Source: Salmo salar (lineage: Eukaryota). Taken from it: DNA of 64,000 nucleotides. The notes under the pieces are model-generated. The model saw only the letters and a program-made list of their open reading frames with translations. It was not told the DNA's origin and ran no database searches. Positions 12,064 to 27,000 of the stretch are shown here, piece by piece; position 1 is the first letter of the stretch; every line of letters begins with the position of its first letter. Made by a program: the position numbers and the translations under genes. The stretch spans positions 34,096,034-34,160,033 of the forward strand of contig NC_059455.1 in NCBI RefSeq assembly GCF_905237065.1, in the 5' to 3' direction.

Positions 12064-12222
12064 CCTCAGTCTTCCATAGACAGACAGAGCAGTGCCCCTT
12101 ATGGTCACACCCACCCTCTCCAGTGATCCTGAGCTCTTCCTTAGGGTCAGTCTTCCACACATCCTCTGCAGTCTCCTCATCTTTGATCAGTATGGGTTCA
12201 GTCTCCACTCTCTGCTTCACAT
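12064..12222 (-). CDS. ZNF paralog B, exon 2 (159 nt, in frame).
   Basis: The acceptor is 'ctgttacagcctacag|ATGTGAAG' and the donor 'GACTGAGG|GTGTGG', both in phase 1. Splicing exons 1, 2 and 3 gives an uninterrupted roughly 490-aa ORF ('...RVRRK|DVKQRVETEP...CSVCLWKTE|[10 protein letters not shown]...'). Confidence 0.55.
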
Positions 12223-12616
12223 CTGTAGGCTGTAACAGGGACTGAGGTTATTACTCAGGACACACACCATATCTAACCGTTTTCATACTCATGAATCACA
12301 CGAAAGCGGTAAATTCCCCTGATATTCCAATAACAGAATTGATCCAACAGGCCAGCCAGGTCTCTATAATTGTAAAAGGTGATGTATCACACCTGGGGTT
12401 GAGAGTCCCCTTCAACAGCCATCTTGCTGTCTCTCCACTGTGAGTTACTCCTCTGCTTGTTCAAAACAATCTTGACTGGATATGAAGATCTCTCTGATAA
12501 CATGGGGTAAAAACCTGGAAAATAATTGTATTCAGTCAATTATTAGGATTATTCACACATTTGTGTTTTTATTCATTTGTTCATGATGCGATCAAATTAC
12601 CGTGAAGAACTACTAC

Positions 12617-12830
12617 CTTTTCTCCTGACTCGTCCTCGTGTCTTCTTCAGCTCGCTCTCCATCATTTGACACTTCCTTTTCAGTACATCAATATCTCGCT
12701 GGCTTTGGGTCATTTCCAAACGTATAACGGCACAGCTATCATCTACACGATTGTTTATTTCTGCTACAGCTGCTTTAGCTAATACCTCCAGAATGGATAC
12801 CAACTGCGCCTGAAAATTGCAGCTGGCCAT
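12617..12830 (-). CDS. ZNF paralog B, exon 1 ('MASCNFQAQLVSILEVLAKAAVAEINNRVDDSCAVIRLEMTQSQRDIDVLKRKCQMMESELKKTRGRVRRK').
   Basis: The ATG is at 12828-12830 on the minus strand and the donor is 'AGAAAAG|GTAGTAG' at 12617. Confidence 0.65.
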
Positions 12831-13048
12831 CTTGTCCAGCCCAGTATTCTCTGTGAATAAGTAAATAGAATACAATTCTCTAACTAGCCAATGTGTAAGA
12901 AACAATCAGTTTATTTAAAGTTCTAACACTATGGCAAATGGCCCAACTTGGCATGTGTAAGAAGAGATCGAGTAACGCAAACAATGTTGTTAATAAAAAG
13001 CAGCAACGTTGGAAGTGGGATATTCGTATGTAATCGCACTTCCGTTCA

Positions 13049-13092
13049 ACTCATAAGGTATTACCGTAAATATGAGACCGCAACAGCCCTTC
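13049..13092 (-). promoter_or_regulatory. Conserved upstream module of ZNF-B (partial copy that lacks TGACGTAA).
   Basis: The module 'tcataaggtattaccgtaaatatgagaccgcaacagcccttc' lies about 220 bp upstream of the exon-1 ATG. Confidence 0.3.
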
Positions 13093-13739
13093 GAATGTGG
13101 TATAGTTTGACACTGGCAAAGCACCAGGGTGTATAAGCCCAACCGGCCGCAGGATGGCGGTATTATTTATTTTACGTCGTTTGTCATGTTACAAACGACG
13201 TAAAAGGAAAAGTACCGCCACCATGCGGCGGTTTGGGCTAGGTGGATTCTTGTCTGCATGTAGGGCAGCCATATCTATTTACAAGAAAATACGACAAAGA
13301 ATTCAGATAGTAAAACTTCTGTTTTTAGTTAAATAGATATGGCTACATGTTGGGGAGAGTGCAGTGGCAGACATGATTATAAATGCAACCAAGGCTATTT
13401 GCATTTATAATGCACAACGCATTGTGGTAAAATACAAAAACACTTTTCAACCATTCATACAAATTCATTGTTTATATACGATCAAATATTGTCATCTCCA
13501 TTCTCATCCACCCAACCTAATGAAACCATTCTGAAAATGTGGTATGGTATTTATTAAAGGATAGAAAAGGGAAATAACTTGTTTGACACACAGCTGGGGA
13601 ACAACGGACGATAAACTAGTTTCATGTGAACTTAAAATTAAACTTAATTTATATATTTCAAGTAACTATTGCAAACTACATGCATTATAGCTGATTTACA
13701 TTGAGGTCCTTCTCTTAGGTTTTTAAAGGCATGTACATA

Positions 13740-15296
<1,557 letters not shown>

Positions 15297-15298
15297 TA

Positions 15299-16099
15299 TG
15301 TACACTACCGTTCAAAAGTTTGGGGGTCACTTAAAAATGTATTTTCTTTAAAAAACAAAGCTACTTTTTTGTCCATTAAAATAACATAAATTTTATCAGA
15401 AATACAGTGTAGACATTGTTAATGTTGTAAATGACTATTGTAGCTGGAAACGGCTGATTCTTTGTGGAATATCTATATAGGCGTACAGAGGCCCATTATC
15501 AGCAACCATCACTCCTGTGTTCCAATGGCACGTTGTGTTAGCCTTTTAAAATGAAAAACTTGGATTAGCTAACTGATCATTAGAAAACCCTTTTGCAATT
15601 ATGTTAGCACAGCTGAAAACTGTTGTGCTAATAAAAGAAGCAATAAAACCGGCCTTCTTTCGACTAGTTGAGTATCTGGAGCATTAGCGGGTTCGATTAC
15701 AGGCTCAAAATGGCCAGAAACAAAGTACTTTTTTCTGAAACTCATCAGTCTATTCTTGTTCTGAGAAAAGAAGGCTGTTCCATGTGAGAAATTGCCAAGA
15801 AATGGAAGATCTCGTTCAACGCTGTGTACTACTCCCTTCACAGAACAGCGCAAACTGGCTCTAACCAGAATAGAAAGAGGAGTGGGAGGCCCCGGTGCAC
15901 AACTGAGCAAGAGGACAAGTACATTAGAATGTCTAGTTTGAGAAACATACGCCTCACAAGTCCTCAACTGGCAGCTTCATTAAATAGTACACGCAAAACA
16001 CCAGTCTCAACGTCAACAGTGAAGAGGCGACTCCGGGATGCTGGCCTTCTAGGCAAGAACATTTCTTAAGTGACCTCAAACTTTTGAACGGTAGTGTTA
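15299..16099 (+). mobile_element. Internally deleted Tc1-like element (about 0.8 kb) of a different family, with TIR 'tacactaccgttcaaaagtttggggtcac'.
   Basis: The TIR at 15301 matches its reverse complement 'gtgacctcaaacttttgaacggtagtgt' at 16070-16097. The internal ORF 15824..16069 is a transposase helix-turn-helix (HTH) fragment, '...RSGRPRCTTEQEDKYIRMSSLRNIRLTSPQLAASLNSTRKTPVSTSTVKRRLRDAGLLG'. Confidence 0.65.
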
Positions 16100-16439
16100 G
16101 TAGAGGTATTAGAGAGTATGCATATTAGATCGTGTGTAGAAGATAGCAGGTGGTGTTAATTGAGCTGCATGAGAGAATATGCATAACAGCACAGCAGTAC
16201 TGATATATCTGCGAGAGAGTAAGTTAATTATGGCTCTGTGTGTGTATGGAGCAGTGTGTGTATACAATGACTGGTTATTCTCTCCCGGAGAGGAAGTAGA
16301 GCTGGCCCAGTGCATCGCCACACACCAGTTTACTGGAGCAGTGTGGGTTCACCTCCAAGACCAGAACAGGACCCGCACACACAAACCAACCCACCCATAC
16401 AGAAACACAGAGAAATAGTGTAAGCACACACACACAAAG

Positions 16440-16949
16440 TACTTAAGTAAAAATACTTTAAAGTACTACTTAAGCAGGTTTTTGGGGTATCTTTTTTGCC
16501 AACTATTACTTCACTACATTCCTAAAGAAAATAATGTACTTTTTACTCAATACATTTTCCCAGACACCCAAAAGTACTCGTTACATTTTGACAGGAAAAT
16601 GGTCCATTTCACAACTTATCAAGAGAACATCCCTGGTCATACTTTGTTTGTAAATTATGTCTGACTGTTGGAGTGTTCTCCTGGCTATCCGCCAATAAAT
16701 AAATGAAATAGAATGTTGCCGTCTGGTTTGCTTAATATAAGAAATTTGAAATGGTTTATACTTTTGATACTTAAGTACATTTGAGCAATTCCATTAACTT
16801 TTGATACTTAAGTATATTTAAAACCAAATACTTTTAGACTTCTCAAGTAGTATTTCACTGGGTGACTTTCACTTTGACTAGAGTCATTTTATATTAAAGG
16901 TATCTTTACTTTTACTCAAGTATGACAATTGAGTACTTTTCCACCACTG
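16440..16949. mobile_element. Second copy of the 'cagtggtggaaaagtac' MITE family, with its left end eroded.
   Basis: The right TIR 'gagtacttttccaccactg' ends at 16949. The internal 'tacttaagta...tactcaagta' subrepeats match 6625-7167. Confidence 0.45.
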
Positions 16950-17639
16950 CCTGTACAGAGATGCAGATATAGTGTAAGCATACATACACAAACAGTACAT
17001 TACTGTGACTATTCATCCATTCTTTGAGAAATTCTTTGAGTGCGTGAAAATTTACGAGTTAGAATAACATACACCTGTTTGTTGGTGTTTTTGTCCCACA
17101 TTTTGACAGTTCTGTCATGGGACTTCAAGATCACGATCGTGCTGTTGGCGAGTCACAGTACACTGATCCTGTCATTGTGTGCCTAGGGAAAAATCCATCC
17201 AAAATAATATTCATCATCATCGAAAAAAGACATCAGTTTCATCAGCGGAAAAGGGAGAGATCTCACAGGTTTCCTGCTGCTCCAGGAGTTGATGTTTGGT
17301 GGCTGCTTGAACCACGTTTCCCTTGGAATCTCCACACACCACCAACTCTGGAGACAGGACACAAATTACAGTGCAGTTAATAAATTATTCATATAACAAC
17401 TTGTTTACACACGATTCACAATATGTATCAAAATGTGTATCAGTATGCTGACGGTCACCCTGACACCCCAAACCACAGCTCTGGCTGTTCTGAGGCCCTC
17501 TCCTCCCTGCCTCTTGCAGCCATCTCACTACAGTGGACGTCAATTGAATTGCACATCGTTGTGCCTGCAGGCCTGTCGTAGAACATAACGCCTCTGAGCC
17601 TGACCCCACCTCTCCATCCCCCTGACCCCTACCATTACA

Positions 17640-19030
17640 CCCTTAACACGGTCACAAGACGCAGGCCTCCTAATTGTTCCTAGAATTTCTAAGCAAACAG
17701 CTGGAGGCAGGGCTTTCTCCTATAGAGTTCCATTTTTATGGAATAGTCTGCCTACCCATGTGAGAGACGCAGACTCGGTCTCAACCTTTAAGTCTTTATT
17801 GAAGACTCATCTCTTCAGTAGGTCCTATGATTGAGTGTAGTCTGGCCCAGGGGTGTGAAGGTGAACGGAAAGGCTGGAGCAACGAACCGCCCTTGCTGTC
17901 TCTGCCTGGCCGGTTTCCCCTCTTTCCACTGGGATTCTCTGCCTCCACCCCTATTATGGGGGCTGAGTCACTGGCTTACTGGTGTTCTTCCATGCCGTCC
18001 CTGGGAGGGGTGCGTCACTTGAGTGGGTTGAGTCACTGACGTGGTCTTCCTGTCTGGGTTGGCGCCCCCCCTTGGGCTGTGCCGTGGCGGAGATCTTTGT
18101 GGGCTATACTCGGCCTTGTCCCGGGATGGTATGTTGGTGGTTGGAGATATCCCTCCAGTGGTGTGGAGGCTGTGCTTTGGCAAAGTGGGTGGGGTTATAT
18201 CCTACCTGTTTGGCCCTGTCCGGGGGTTTCATCGGATGGGGCCACAGTGTCTCCTGACCCCTCCTGTCTCAGCCTCCAGTATTTATGCTGCAGTAGTTTA
18301 TGTGTCGAGGGGCTAGGGTCAGTCTGTCACATCTGGAGTATTTCTCGTCTTTTCCGGTGTCCGGTGTGAATTTAAATATGCTCTCTCTAATTCTCTCTTT
18401 CTCTTTCTTTCTCTCTCTCGGAGGACCTGAGCCCTAGGACCATGCCTCAGGACTACCTGGCTTGATGACTCCTTGCTGTCCCCAGTTCACCTGGCCGTGC
18501 TGCTGCTCCAGTTCCAACTGTTCTGCCTGCAGCTATGGAACCCCGACCTGTTCACCGGACGTGCTACCTGTCCCAGACCTGTTGTCCCAGACCTGCTGGA
18601 ACCCTAACCTATTCACCGGACGTGCTACCTGTCCCAGACCTGCTGTTTTCAACTCTCTAGAGACAGCAGGAGCGGTTGAGATACTCTCAAAGATCGGCTA
18701 TGAAAAAGCCAACTGACACTTACTCTTGTGTTACTGACTTGTTGCACCCTCGACAACTACTATGATTACTATTATTTGACAATGCTGGTCATTTATGAAC
18801 ATTTGAACATCTAGGCCATGTGCTGTTATCTCCACCCGGCACAGCCGGAAGAGGACTGGCCACCCCTCATAGCCTGGTTCCTCTCTAGGTTTCTTCCTAG
18901 GTTTTGGCCTTTCTAGGGAGTTTTTCCTAGCCACCGTGCTTCTACACCTGCATTGCTTGCTGTTTGGGGTTTTAGGCTGGGTTTCTGTACAGCACTTTGA
19001 GATATCAGCTGATGTAAGAAGGGCTATATA
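17640..19030. repeat. Unclassified interspersed repeat of about 1.4 kb ending '...gtacagcactttgagatatcagctgatgtaagaagggctatataaataaatttgatttga'.
   Basis: It has the SINE/retroposon-like tail characteristic of an abundant fish repeat and short internal direct repeats ('ggacgtgctacctgtcccagacctg' occurs twice at 18540-18640). Confidence 0.4.
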
Positions 19031-19913
19031 AATAAATTTGATTTGAACACATGGTCACTGTTACTCCTTTCGAGATGACTGATGTAAGAACAATAAATAA
19101 GAAAGAGTAAGAAGGAGATGTAAGACTGTTCCTACCTTGACTCTACACAGGCACAAGCAAGCGATGAAAAAAACAAAACACTAAATTTGTTGACTTCCTG
19201 CTCTCACTCCATTTTCTCCGCCCCTGTTGATTGGCAAATCAATGAAGAGATAAATCTTTGAAACTACTAATCATATCAATCTATTTCTCTTCTTTATTTA
19301 GCCATCTACAGCATCTAATGAACCTTGATTCAGATGACCAGTTTATACAGTTCCAGTGGTGTCAGTTTAGACAATGTGCACAGTAAGTGTAGTTTCCAGA
19401 TGTAAAATGTAAAGTTGTATAAACATGTATAGCCTATTACACAGATATTTTATTGCCTCATTTTGAGAAGACACACAGTAACTTAACATTTTGGGGCAGC
19501 AGAATAACTGACAAATCGAACTCTGAAAATCAAGTGGAATTGAGTTATTAACCTGACCTGATATGAGACTGTCCCTTGTGGCAAGACGTGACATCCCAGA
19601 TAGTCAGACACTACCTAGACAATACAGACTAAATGGATCCTACATATTATTCATCTAAAAAGCACAGACTGACTCTTTCATTGAATATAATATGGTTTTA
19701 TGATTTTGTGGTAGAAATATAAAATGTTACTAGATGTAAATAAATAGGTTATTAAAAAAAGTGAGGATCCGTGAACAGTCAAACAGGAAAACCATTTCAC
19801 AAATCAATGAGGAGGAAAAGGTTGTCAACATTTCTCAAAATACCTTCTGGACCTAAATTTACATAGAAAGTGTTTCCAAAGCATAATGCAATTATGTTCA
19901 ATCTGTTCTGAGA

Positions 19914-21016
19914 CTACATTAAACTTGTGTGTGGATCCCCAGGGTATGCAGGTGCCACGTATGGAGACACTGCATTCTCTCCTATGTGAGTTCTCTGATG
20001 TGATGTCATGTTAGAGCGCTGGGTGAAGCATTTCCCACATTGTGTGCACTCGAAGGGCTTCTCCCCACTGTGGACCACAGCATGTCTGATCAAGTTGCAC
20101 TGCTTGGTGAAACTCCTGCCACACTGTTCACAGGTGTACGGTTTCTCTCCGGTGTGACTCCGGAGGTGTACTTTGAGCTGGCAGAAACGCTGGAAGCTCT
20201 TCCCACAGAAGGTGCAGCTGAACCGCCTCTCGGTGGTGCCGCCTGATCTCCACTGAGTCCTCATTCTCTTCACCATGTTAAAACTACTGCGACTCAGGCT
20301 GTATCCAGAGAAGGTGGAGGTGGTGGCCATGTTTGACCCTGTCGTGCACTCACTCAATCTCACTGTTGCTTCTGAAGCCCTGTATTGATGCTGCCTTGGC
20401 TGTAGAGCTAAACTATTTCCATCATTATTTGAGTTCAGCATCTCACTGCTCTGTCCCTCTGGCATCTGTTGTCTAGTCTCATCAGCCAATGTCCTGACAT
20501 GTCTTGTCATGTGTTTTGCAGCACTGAACATGTTAGCATGTGGTTTCCATATAGAAGAGTGAAGCGATGGCCCTACATCATCTGTCATAGTAGGAACAGA
20601 TGGCAGCCCACTATGAGATGGGAAAATTGAGATATTCTGAGAGTACTCTTCTGCGGAATGAAAGGAGAAATCTGGGTGGCAGACAGGGTCAGTGTCTCTG
20701 CCTGGATCCACAGAGGTCCACAGCTGCCCATCAGACTCATCCATGACAAACTGGTCAGGTCCTGCCAGGGTTGTGGTCTGATCCAGCTCCTCCTCTTTCA
20801 CCATCACTAGCTCTAGTGAGTCCTCATCTGGCCGGTGCTGCTCTGTGCTGAACACCTCTGTAGATGCGAGCTGGGGTGTTCCTGGTTCCTCTGGACGATC
20901 AGAATTGGGGTAATGTTCCACTGAGTCTCTGGGAGATATATTGGGTTGTGTGATGAAGTCCTCATCACAGTGCCGTTGCTCAAAGGATGGTGGTTTCCCA
21001 GGCTTTGAACCAGACT
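19914..21016 (-). CDS. ZNF paralog C, exon 3 (3 C2H2 fingers, '...[22 protein letters not shown]').
   Basis: ORF 19914..20921 continues in frame, without a stop, to the acceptor 'ccccaaatcttag|AGTCTGG' at 21016. The 1-nt deletion relative to copy A falls on the intron side. Confidence 0.7.
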
Positions 21017-21173
21017 CTAAGATTTGGGGATAAAGATAAAATAAACATTACAAAAGACCCTTAACAGCAAAACATGACTGCTTTAGAACTGACTGTGTGT
21101 ACGTGCGCAACATATCCCAGAACATAAAACACCAATGTAGCAATTTGGAACGTGCATACCACCATACCCACAC

Positions 21174-21328
21174 AGTCTTCCATAGACAGACAGAGCAGTG
21201 CCCCTTATGGTCACACCCACCCTCTCCAGTGATCCTGAGCTCTTCCTGAGGGTCAGTCTTCCACACATCCTCTGCTGTCTCCTCATCTTTGATCAGTATG
21301 GGTTCAGTCTCCACTCTCTGCTCCACAT
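21174..21328 (-). CDS. ZNF paralog C, exon 2, with an uncertain donor.
   Basis: ORF 21048..21326 holds the acceptor 'ctgttacagcctacag|ATGTGGAG'. Copy C has a 6-nt insertion at the donor region relative to copy A, and copy D shares it. Confidence 0.35.
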
Positions 21329-21794
21329 CTGTAGGCTGTAACAGGGACTGAGGTTATTACTCTGGACACACACCATATCTAACCCTTTTCATACTCATGA
21401 ATCACACAAAAGCGATAAAATCTCCTGATAATCCAATATCAGAATTGATCCTAGTTGTTAAAGGTGATGTGTCACACCTGGGGTTGAGAGTCCTCTTCAA
21501 CAGCCAGCTCTTCGTCTCTGCACTGTGAGCTACTCCTCTGCTTTTTCAAAACAATCTTGACTGGATATGAAGATCTCTCTGATGCCATGGAGTAAAAACC
21601 TAGAAAAGAATTGTATTCAGTCAAATATTAGAGCTATTCACAAATGTGGGTTTCCCATATGCAATCAATTTACTAGCCTGGAGACCCGATGTTGAATTTC
21701 ATAAAAATAGAGCAGGAAAGTTCTCTCACAACCTCTACAAGCCAGAATGTTAAATAAAACAATAGTTTAACTTACTTTACTGGTTGTCGGTGTA

Positions 21795-22995
21795 TTTGTT
21801 CCTTTTGCAGGTACATTACATGACCAAAAGTATGTGGACACCTGCTCGTCGAACATCTCATTCCAAAATAATGGTTATTAATATGGAGTTGGTCCCCCTT
21901 GGCTGTAACAACAGCCTCCACTCTTCTGGGAAGGCTTTCCACTAGATGATGGAACATTGCTGCAAGGACTTGCTTCCATTCAGCCACAAGAACATTTGTG
22001 ATATTCGGACACTGATGTTGAGTGATAAGGCCTGGCTCGCAGATGGCGTTCTAATTCATCCCAAAGTTGTTCGATGGGGTTGAGGTCAGGGCTCTGATCT
22101 CCGATCTCAAACCATTTCTGTATGGACCTCCCTTTGTGCACAGGGGCATTGTCATTCTGAAACAGGAAAGGGCCTTCCCCAAACTGTTGGAAACACAGAA
22201 TCATCTAGAATGTCATTGTATGCTGTAGCGTTAAGATTTCCCTTCACTGGAACTAAGGGGCCTAGCCGAACCATGAAAAACAGCCCCAGATAATTATTCC
22301 TCCTCCACCAAACTTTACAGTTGGCACTATGCATTCAGGCAGGTAGCGTTCTCCTGGCATCCGTCGAACTGCTAGATGGTGAAGCGTGATTCATCACTCC
22401 AGAGAACACATTTCCATTGCTCCAGAGTCCAATGGTGGCGAGCTTCACGTCACTCCAGCCGACGCTTGGCATTGCGCATGGTGATCTTAGGCTTGTGTGT
22501 GGCTGCTCGGCCATGGAAACTAATTTCATGATGCTCCCGACGAACAGTTATTGTGCTAACGTTGCTTCCAGAGGCAGTTTTGAACTTGGTAGTGAGTTTT
22601 GCAACTGAGGACAGACGATTTTTACGCGATGCTCGCTTCAGCACTCCGCAGTCCCGATCTGTGAGCTTGTGTGGTCTACTGCTTGGCGGCAGAGCCGCTG
22701 TTGCTCCTAGACATTTCCACTTCACAATAACAGCACTTAGAGTTGAACGGTGCAGCTCTAGCAAGGCAGAAATTTGATGAGTTGACTTGTTGGAAAGGTG
22801 GCATCCTATGGAGGGTGATATGTTGAAAGTCACCAAGCTTTTCATTAATGCCATTCTACTTGCCAATGTTTGTCTATGGAGATTGCATGGCTGTGTGCTC
22901 AATTTTATACACCTGTCAGCAACAGGTGTGGCTGAAATAGCTGAATCCACTAATTTGAAGGGGTGCCCACGTACTGTTGTATATATAGTATAGGA
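21795..22995 (-). mobile_element. Tc1-like element of a third family lying in intron 1 of ZNF-C, with a degenerate transposase on the minus strand.
   Basis: Minus-strand ORFs read '...HRQTLASRMALMKS...RPHKLTDRDCGVLKRASRKNRLSSVAKLTTKFKTASGSNVSTITVRREHHEISFHGRAA' (HTH and N-terminus) and '...[41 protein letters not shown]' (DDE C-terminus). Confidence 0.75.
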
Positions 22996-23113
22996 ATGTG
23001 AGACAATATATCCCACAGGAAAGTATAATTACACTTTTCAAATCCAATCAACGGGACCTGAAAAACTGTAATATCCTATGTTTCTCAGAGTCGTGGCTGA
23101 ACAAGGACATGGA

Positions 23114-24595
23114 CATAAACTCAGCAAAAAAAGAAACATCCTCTCACTGTCAACTGAGTTTATTTTCAGCAAACTTAACATGTGTAAATATTTGTATGAA
23201 CATAAGATTCAACAACTGAGACAAACTGAACAAGTTCCACAGACATATGACTAACAGAAATTGAATAATGTGTCCCTGAACAAAGGGGGGGGGGGTCAAA
23301 ATCAAAAGTAAGTGTCAGTATCTGGTGTGGCCACCAGCTGCATTAAGTACTGCAGTGCATCTCCTGCTCATGGACTGCACCAGATTTGCCAGTTCTTGCT
23401 GTGAGATGATACCCCACTCTTCCACCAAGACACCTGCAAGTTCCCGGACATTTCTGGGGGGAATAGCCCTAGCCCTCACCCTCCGATCCAACAGGTCCCA
23501 GACGTGCTCAATGGGATTGAGATCCGGGCTCTTCACTGGCCATGGCAGAACACTGACATTCCTGTCTTGCAGGAAATCACGCACAGAACGAGCAGTATGG
23601 CTGGTGACATTGTCATGCTGGAGGTCCATGTCAGGATGAGCCTGCAGGAAGGGTACCACATGAGGGAGAAGGATGTCTTCCCTGTAACGCACAGCGTTGA
23701 GATTGCCTGCAATGACAACAAGCTCAATTCGATGATGCTGTGACACACCGCCCCAGACCATGACGGACCCTCCACCTCCAAATCGATCCCGCTCCAGAGT
23801 ACAGGCCTCGGTGTAACGCTCATTCCTTTGACCATAAACGCAAATCCGACCATCACCCCTGGTGAGACAAAACCGCGACTCGTCAGTGAAGAGCTTTTTT
23901 TGCCAGTCCTGTCTGGTCCAGGGACGGTGGGTTTGTGCCCATAGGCGACGTTGTCTGTGATGTCTGGTGAGGACCTGCCTTACAACAGGCCTACAAGCCC
24001 TCAGTACAGCCTATTGCAGACAGTCTGAGCACTGATGGAGGGATTGTGCGTTCCTAGTGTAACTCGGGCAGTTGTTGTTGCCATCCTGTACCTGTCCCGC
24101 AGGTGTGAGATTCAGATGTACCGATCCTGTGCAGGTGTTGTTACATGTGGTCTGCCACTGCGAGGACGATCAGCTGTCCGTCTTGTCTTCCTGTAGCGCT
24201 GTCTTAGGCGTCTCACAGTACAGAGGTTGCAATTTATTGCCCTTGCCACATGTGCAGTACTTATGCCTCCTTGCAGCATGCCTAAGGCATGTTCACACAG
24301 ATGAGCAGGGACCCTGGGCATCTTTCTTTTGGTGTTTTTCAGAGTCAGTAGAAAGGCCTCTTTAGTGTCCTAAGTTTTCATAACTGTGACCTTAATTGCC
24401 TACCATCTGTAAGCTGTTTGTGTCTTAACGACCGTTCCACAGGTGCATGTTCATTAATTGTTTATGGTTCATTCAACAAGCATGGGAAACAGTGTTTAAA
24501 CCATTTACAATGAAGATCTGTGATTTTTTACAAATTATCTTTGAAAGACAGGTTCCTGAAAAAGGGACGTTTCTTTTTTTGCTGAATTTACATCT
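23114..24595 (-). mobile_element. Tc1/mariner-like element of about 1.48 kb with TIR 'ataaactcagcaaaaaaagaaacgtcc'.
   Basis: The two ends are inverted. Minus-strand ORFs read '...AINCNLCTVRRLRQRYRKTRRTADRPRSGRPHVTTPAQDRYI' (HTH) and '...[53 protein letters not shown]' (DDE). A deletion derivative lies at 59110-59448. Confidence 0.8.
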
Positions 24596-24599
24596 CGCT

Positions 24600-25690
24600 G
24601 GTTTTTCCATGCATCATCAAGCCCAGATGGCAGATTCGGGTAAGGCGAAGGGAGGAGGTGTATCTCTCCTTGTTAAAAACTTCTTATGGGCAGGTGGGAC
24701 GGTAGCGTCCCACCTGGCCAATATCCGGTGAAATTGCAGAGCGCAAAATTCAAACTACAGTATTATAAATATTTAACTTTCATAAAATCACAAGTGTAAT
24801 ACAACAAAATAAAGCTTAACTTCTTGTTAATCCAGCCGCCATGTCAGATTTCAAAAAGGCTTTACGGCGAAAACAAACCATGCGATTATCTGAGGACAGC
24901 ACCCCGCATACAAACACATGAAAAACATATTTCAACCAGGCAGGTGCGACACAAAAGTCAGAAATAGCGATATAAAAAATGCCTTACCTTTGATGATCTT
25001 CTTCTGTTGGCACTCCAAAAGGTCCCTGTTACATCACAAATGGTCCTTTTGTTCGATAATGTCCTCCTTTATATCCATAAAAACTCAGTTTAGCTGGCGC
25101 GCTTCAGTCAATAATCCACCCAGTTTCCCTCCATCAAAATGCATACAAAATGAATCCCAAACGTTACTAATAACCTTTTCCAAACAAGTCAAACAACATT
25201 TATAATCAAACCTCAGGTACCCTAATACATAAATAAACAATAAAATTTAAGACGGAGAATCGTTATTGTCTTTACCGGAGAAAAATACCAAAGAACAAGC
25301 TCTCTTCCACGCGCTTGGAAACACTACAGCCAAAATGGGAGCCACCTAGAAAAACTACAATTTCTGGCTCATTTTTCAAAAAAACCGTCCTGAAACTCTT
25401 TCTAAAGACTGTTGACATCTAGTGGAAGCCCTAGGAACTGCAATCTGGGAGGACTTGGCCTTAATAAAAGTGATGCCCTATTGAAAATAGTGGTAGGCTG
25501 AATTCTTTTTGGGGGGGGATGGTTTGTCCTCAGGGTTTCGCCTGCCATATCAGTTCTGTTATACTCACAGACATAATTATAACAGTTTTAGAAACTTTAG
25601 AGTGGTTTCTATCCAAATCTACTAATTATATGCATATTCTCGTTTCTGGGCAAGAGTAGTAACCGGTTTAAAATCGGGGGACATTTTTTA
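24600..25690. repeat. Unclassified interspersed repeat lying between two Tc1 elements.
   Basis: It is A/T-rich with no coding signal. I assign it by context and familiarity only. Confidence 0.25.
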
Positions 25691-26178
25691 TCCGGCCGTG
25701 CAAATACTGCCCCCTAGCCCAACAGGTTAAGGTCCTGGAGTGGCCTAGCCAGTCTCCAGACCTTAATCCCATAGAAAATCTGTGGAGGGAGCTGAAGGTT
25801 CGAGTTGCCAAACGTCAGCCTCAAAACCTTAATGACTTGGAGAAGATCTGCAGAGGAGTGGGACAAAATCCCTCCTGAGATGTGTGCAAACCTGGTGGCC
25901 AACTACAAGAAACGTCTAACCTCTGTGATTGCCAACAAGGGTTTTGCCACCAAGTACTAAGTCATGTTTTGCAGAGGGGTCAAATAGTTATTTCCCTCAT
26001 TAAAATGCAAATCATTTTATAACATTTTTGACATGCGTTTTTCTGGATATTTTTGTTGTTATTCTGTCTCTCACTGTTCAAATAAACCTACCATTAAAAT
26101 TATAGACTGATCATTTCTTTGTAAGTGGGCAAACATACAAAATCAGCAGGGGATCAAATACTTTCTCCCCTCACTGTA
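25690..26178 (+). mobile_element. 3' fragment of another Tc1-like element (transposase C-terminus plus right end).
   Basis: The plus-strand frame reads '[41 protein letters not shown]...'. Confidence 0.6.
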
Positions 26179-26179
26179 G

Positions 26180-27000
26180 ATGTACATACAGTGCCTTCAG
26201 AAAGTATTCACACCCATTGACTTTTTCCCAAAACAAATTGTTACAGCCTGAATGGATTATACTGAGATTTTGTGTCACAGGCACACACAACACCCTATAA
26301 TGTCAAAGTGGAAGTATGTTTTTTGAAATGTTAACAAATTAATAAAAAATGAAAAGCTGAAATGTCTTGAGTCAATAAGTATTCAGCACTTTTGTTATGG
26401 CAAGCCTAAATAAGGTCAGGAGTAAATATTTGCTTAACAAGTCACATAATAAGTTGCATGGACTCATTCTGTGTGCAATAATAGTGTTTAACATGATTTT
26501 TTTTAATGACTACATCATCTCTGTGCCCCACACATACAAATATCTGTAAGGTCCCTCAGTCGAACAGTACATTTCAAACACAGATTGAACCACAAAAACC
26601 AGGGAGGTTTTCCAATGCCTCGCAAAGAAGGGCACCTATTGGTAGATGGGTAAAAAATAAAAAAGAAGACATTGAATATCCATTTGAGCATGGTGAAGTT
26701 ATTAAATTACTCTTTGGATGGTGTATCAATACACCCTGTCACTACAAAGATACAGGTGTCCTTCCTAACTCAGTTGCCGAGGAGAGGAAGGAAACCTCTC
26801 AGGAATTTCACCATCCATTACACCTTGATCCCACCTACAGTGTATTGCGCAAAAGGGTACGCATCATCATCTGGATATGTGTGCAACAAAAGTTCAACAT
26901 TCACTTTCTGCTACCATTTATGTCAAGTCTTCAACGCATACAATTTGATGTATACTTTTGATACATCCACGGTATGCACCACATAGAACACAATGCAATG
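26180..27000. repeat. A copy of the 'tacagtgccttcagaaagtattcac' repeat family.
   Basis: It is collinear with 5575-6040 plus 6410-6600. Confidence 0.45.
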
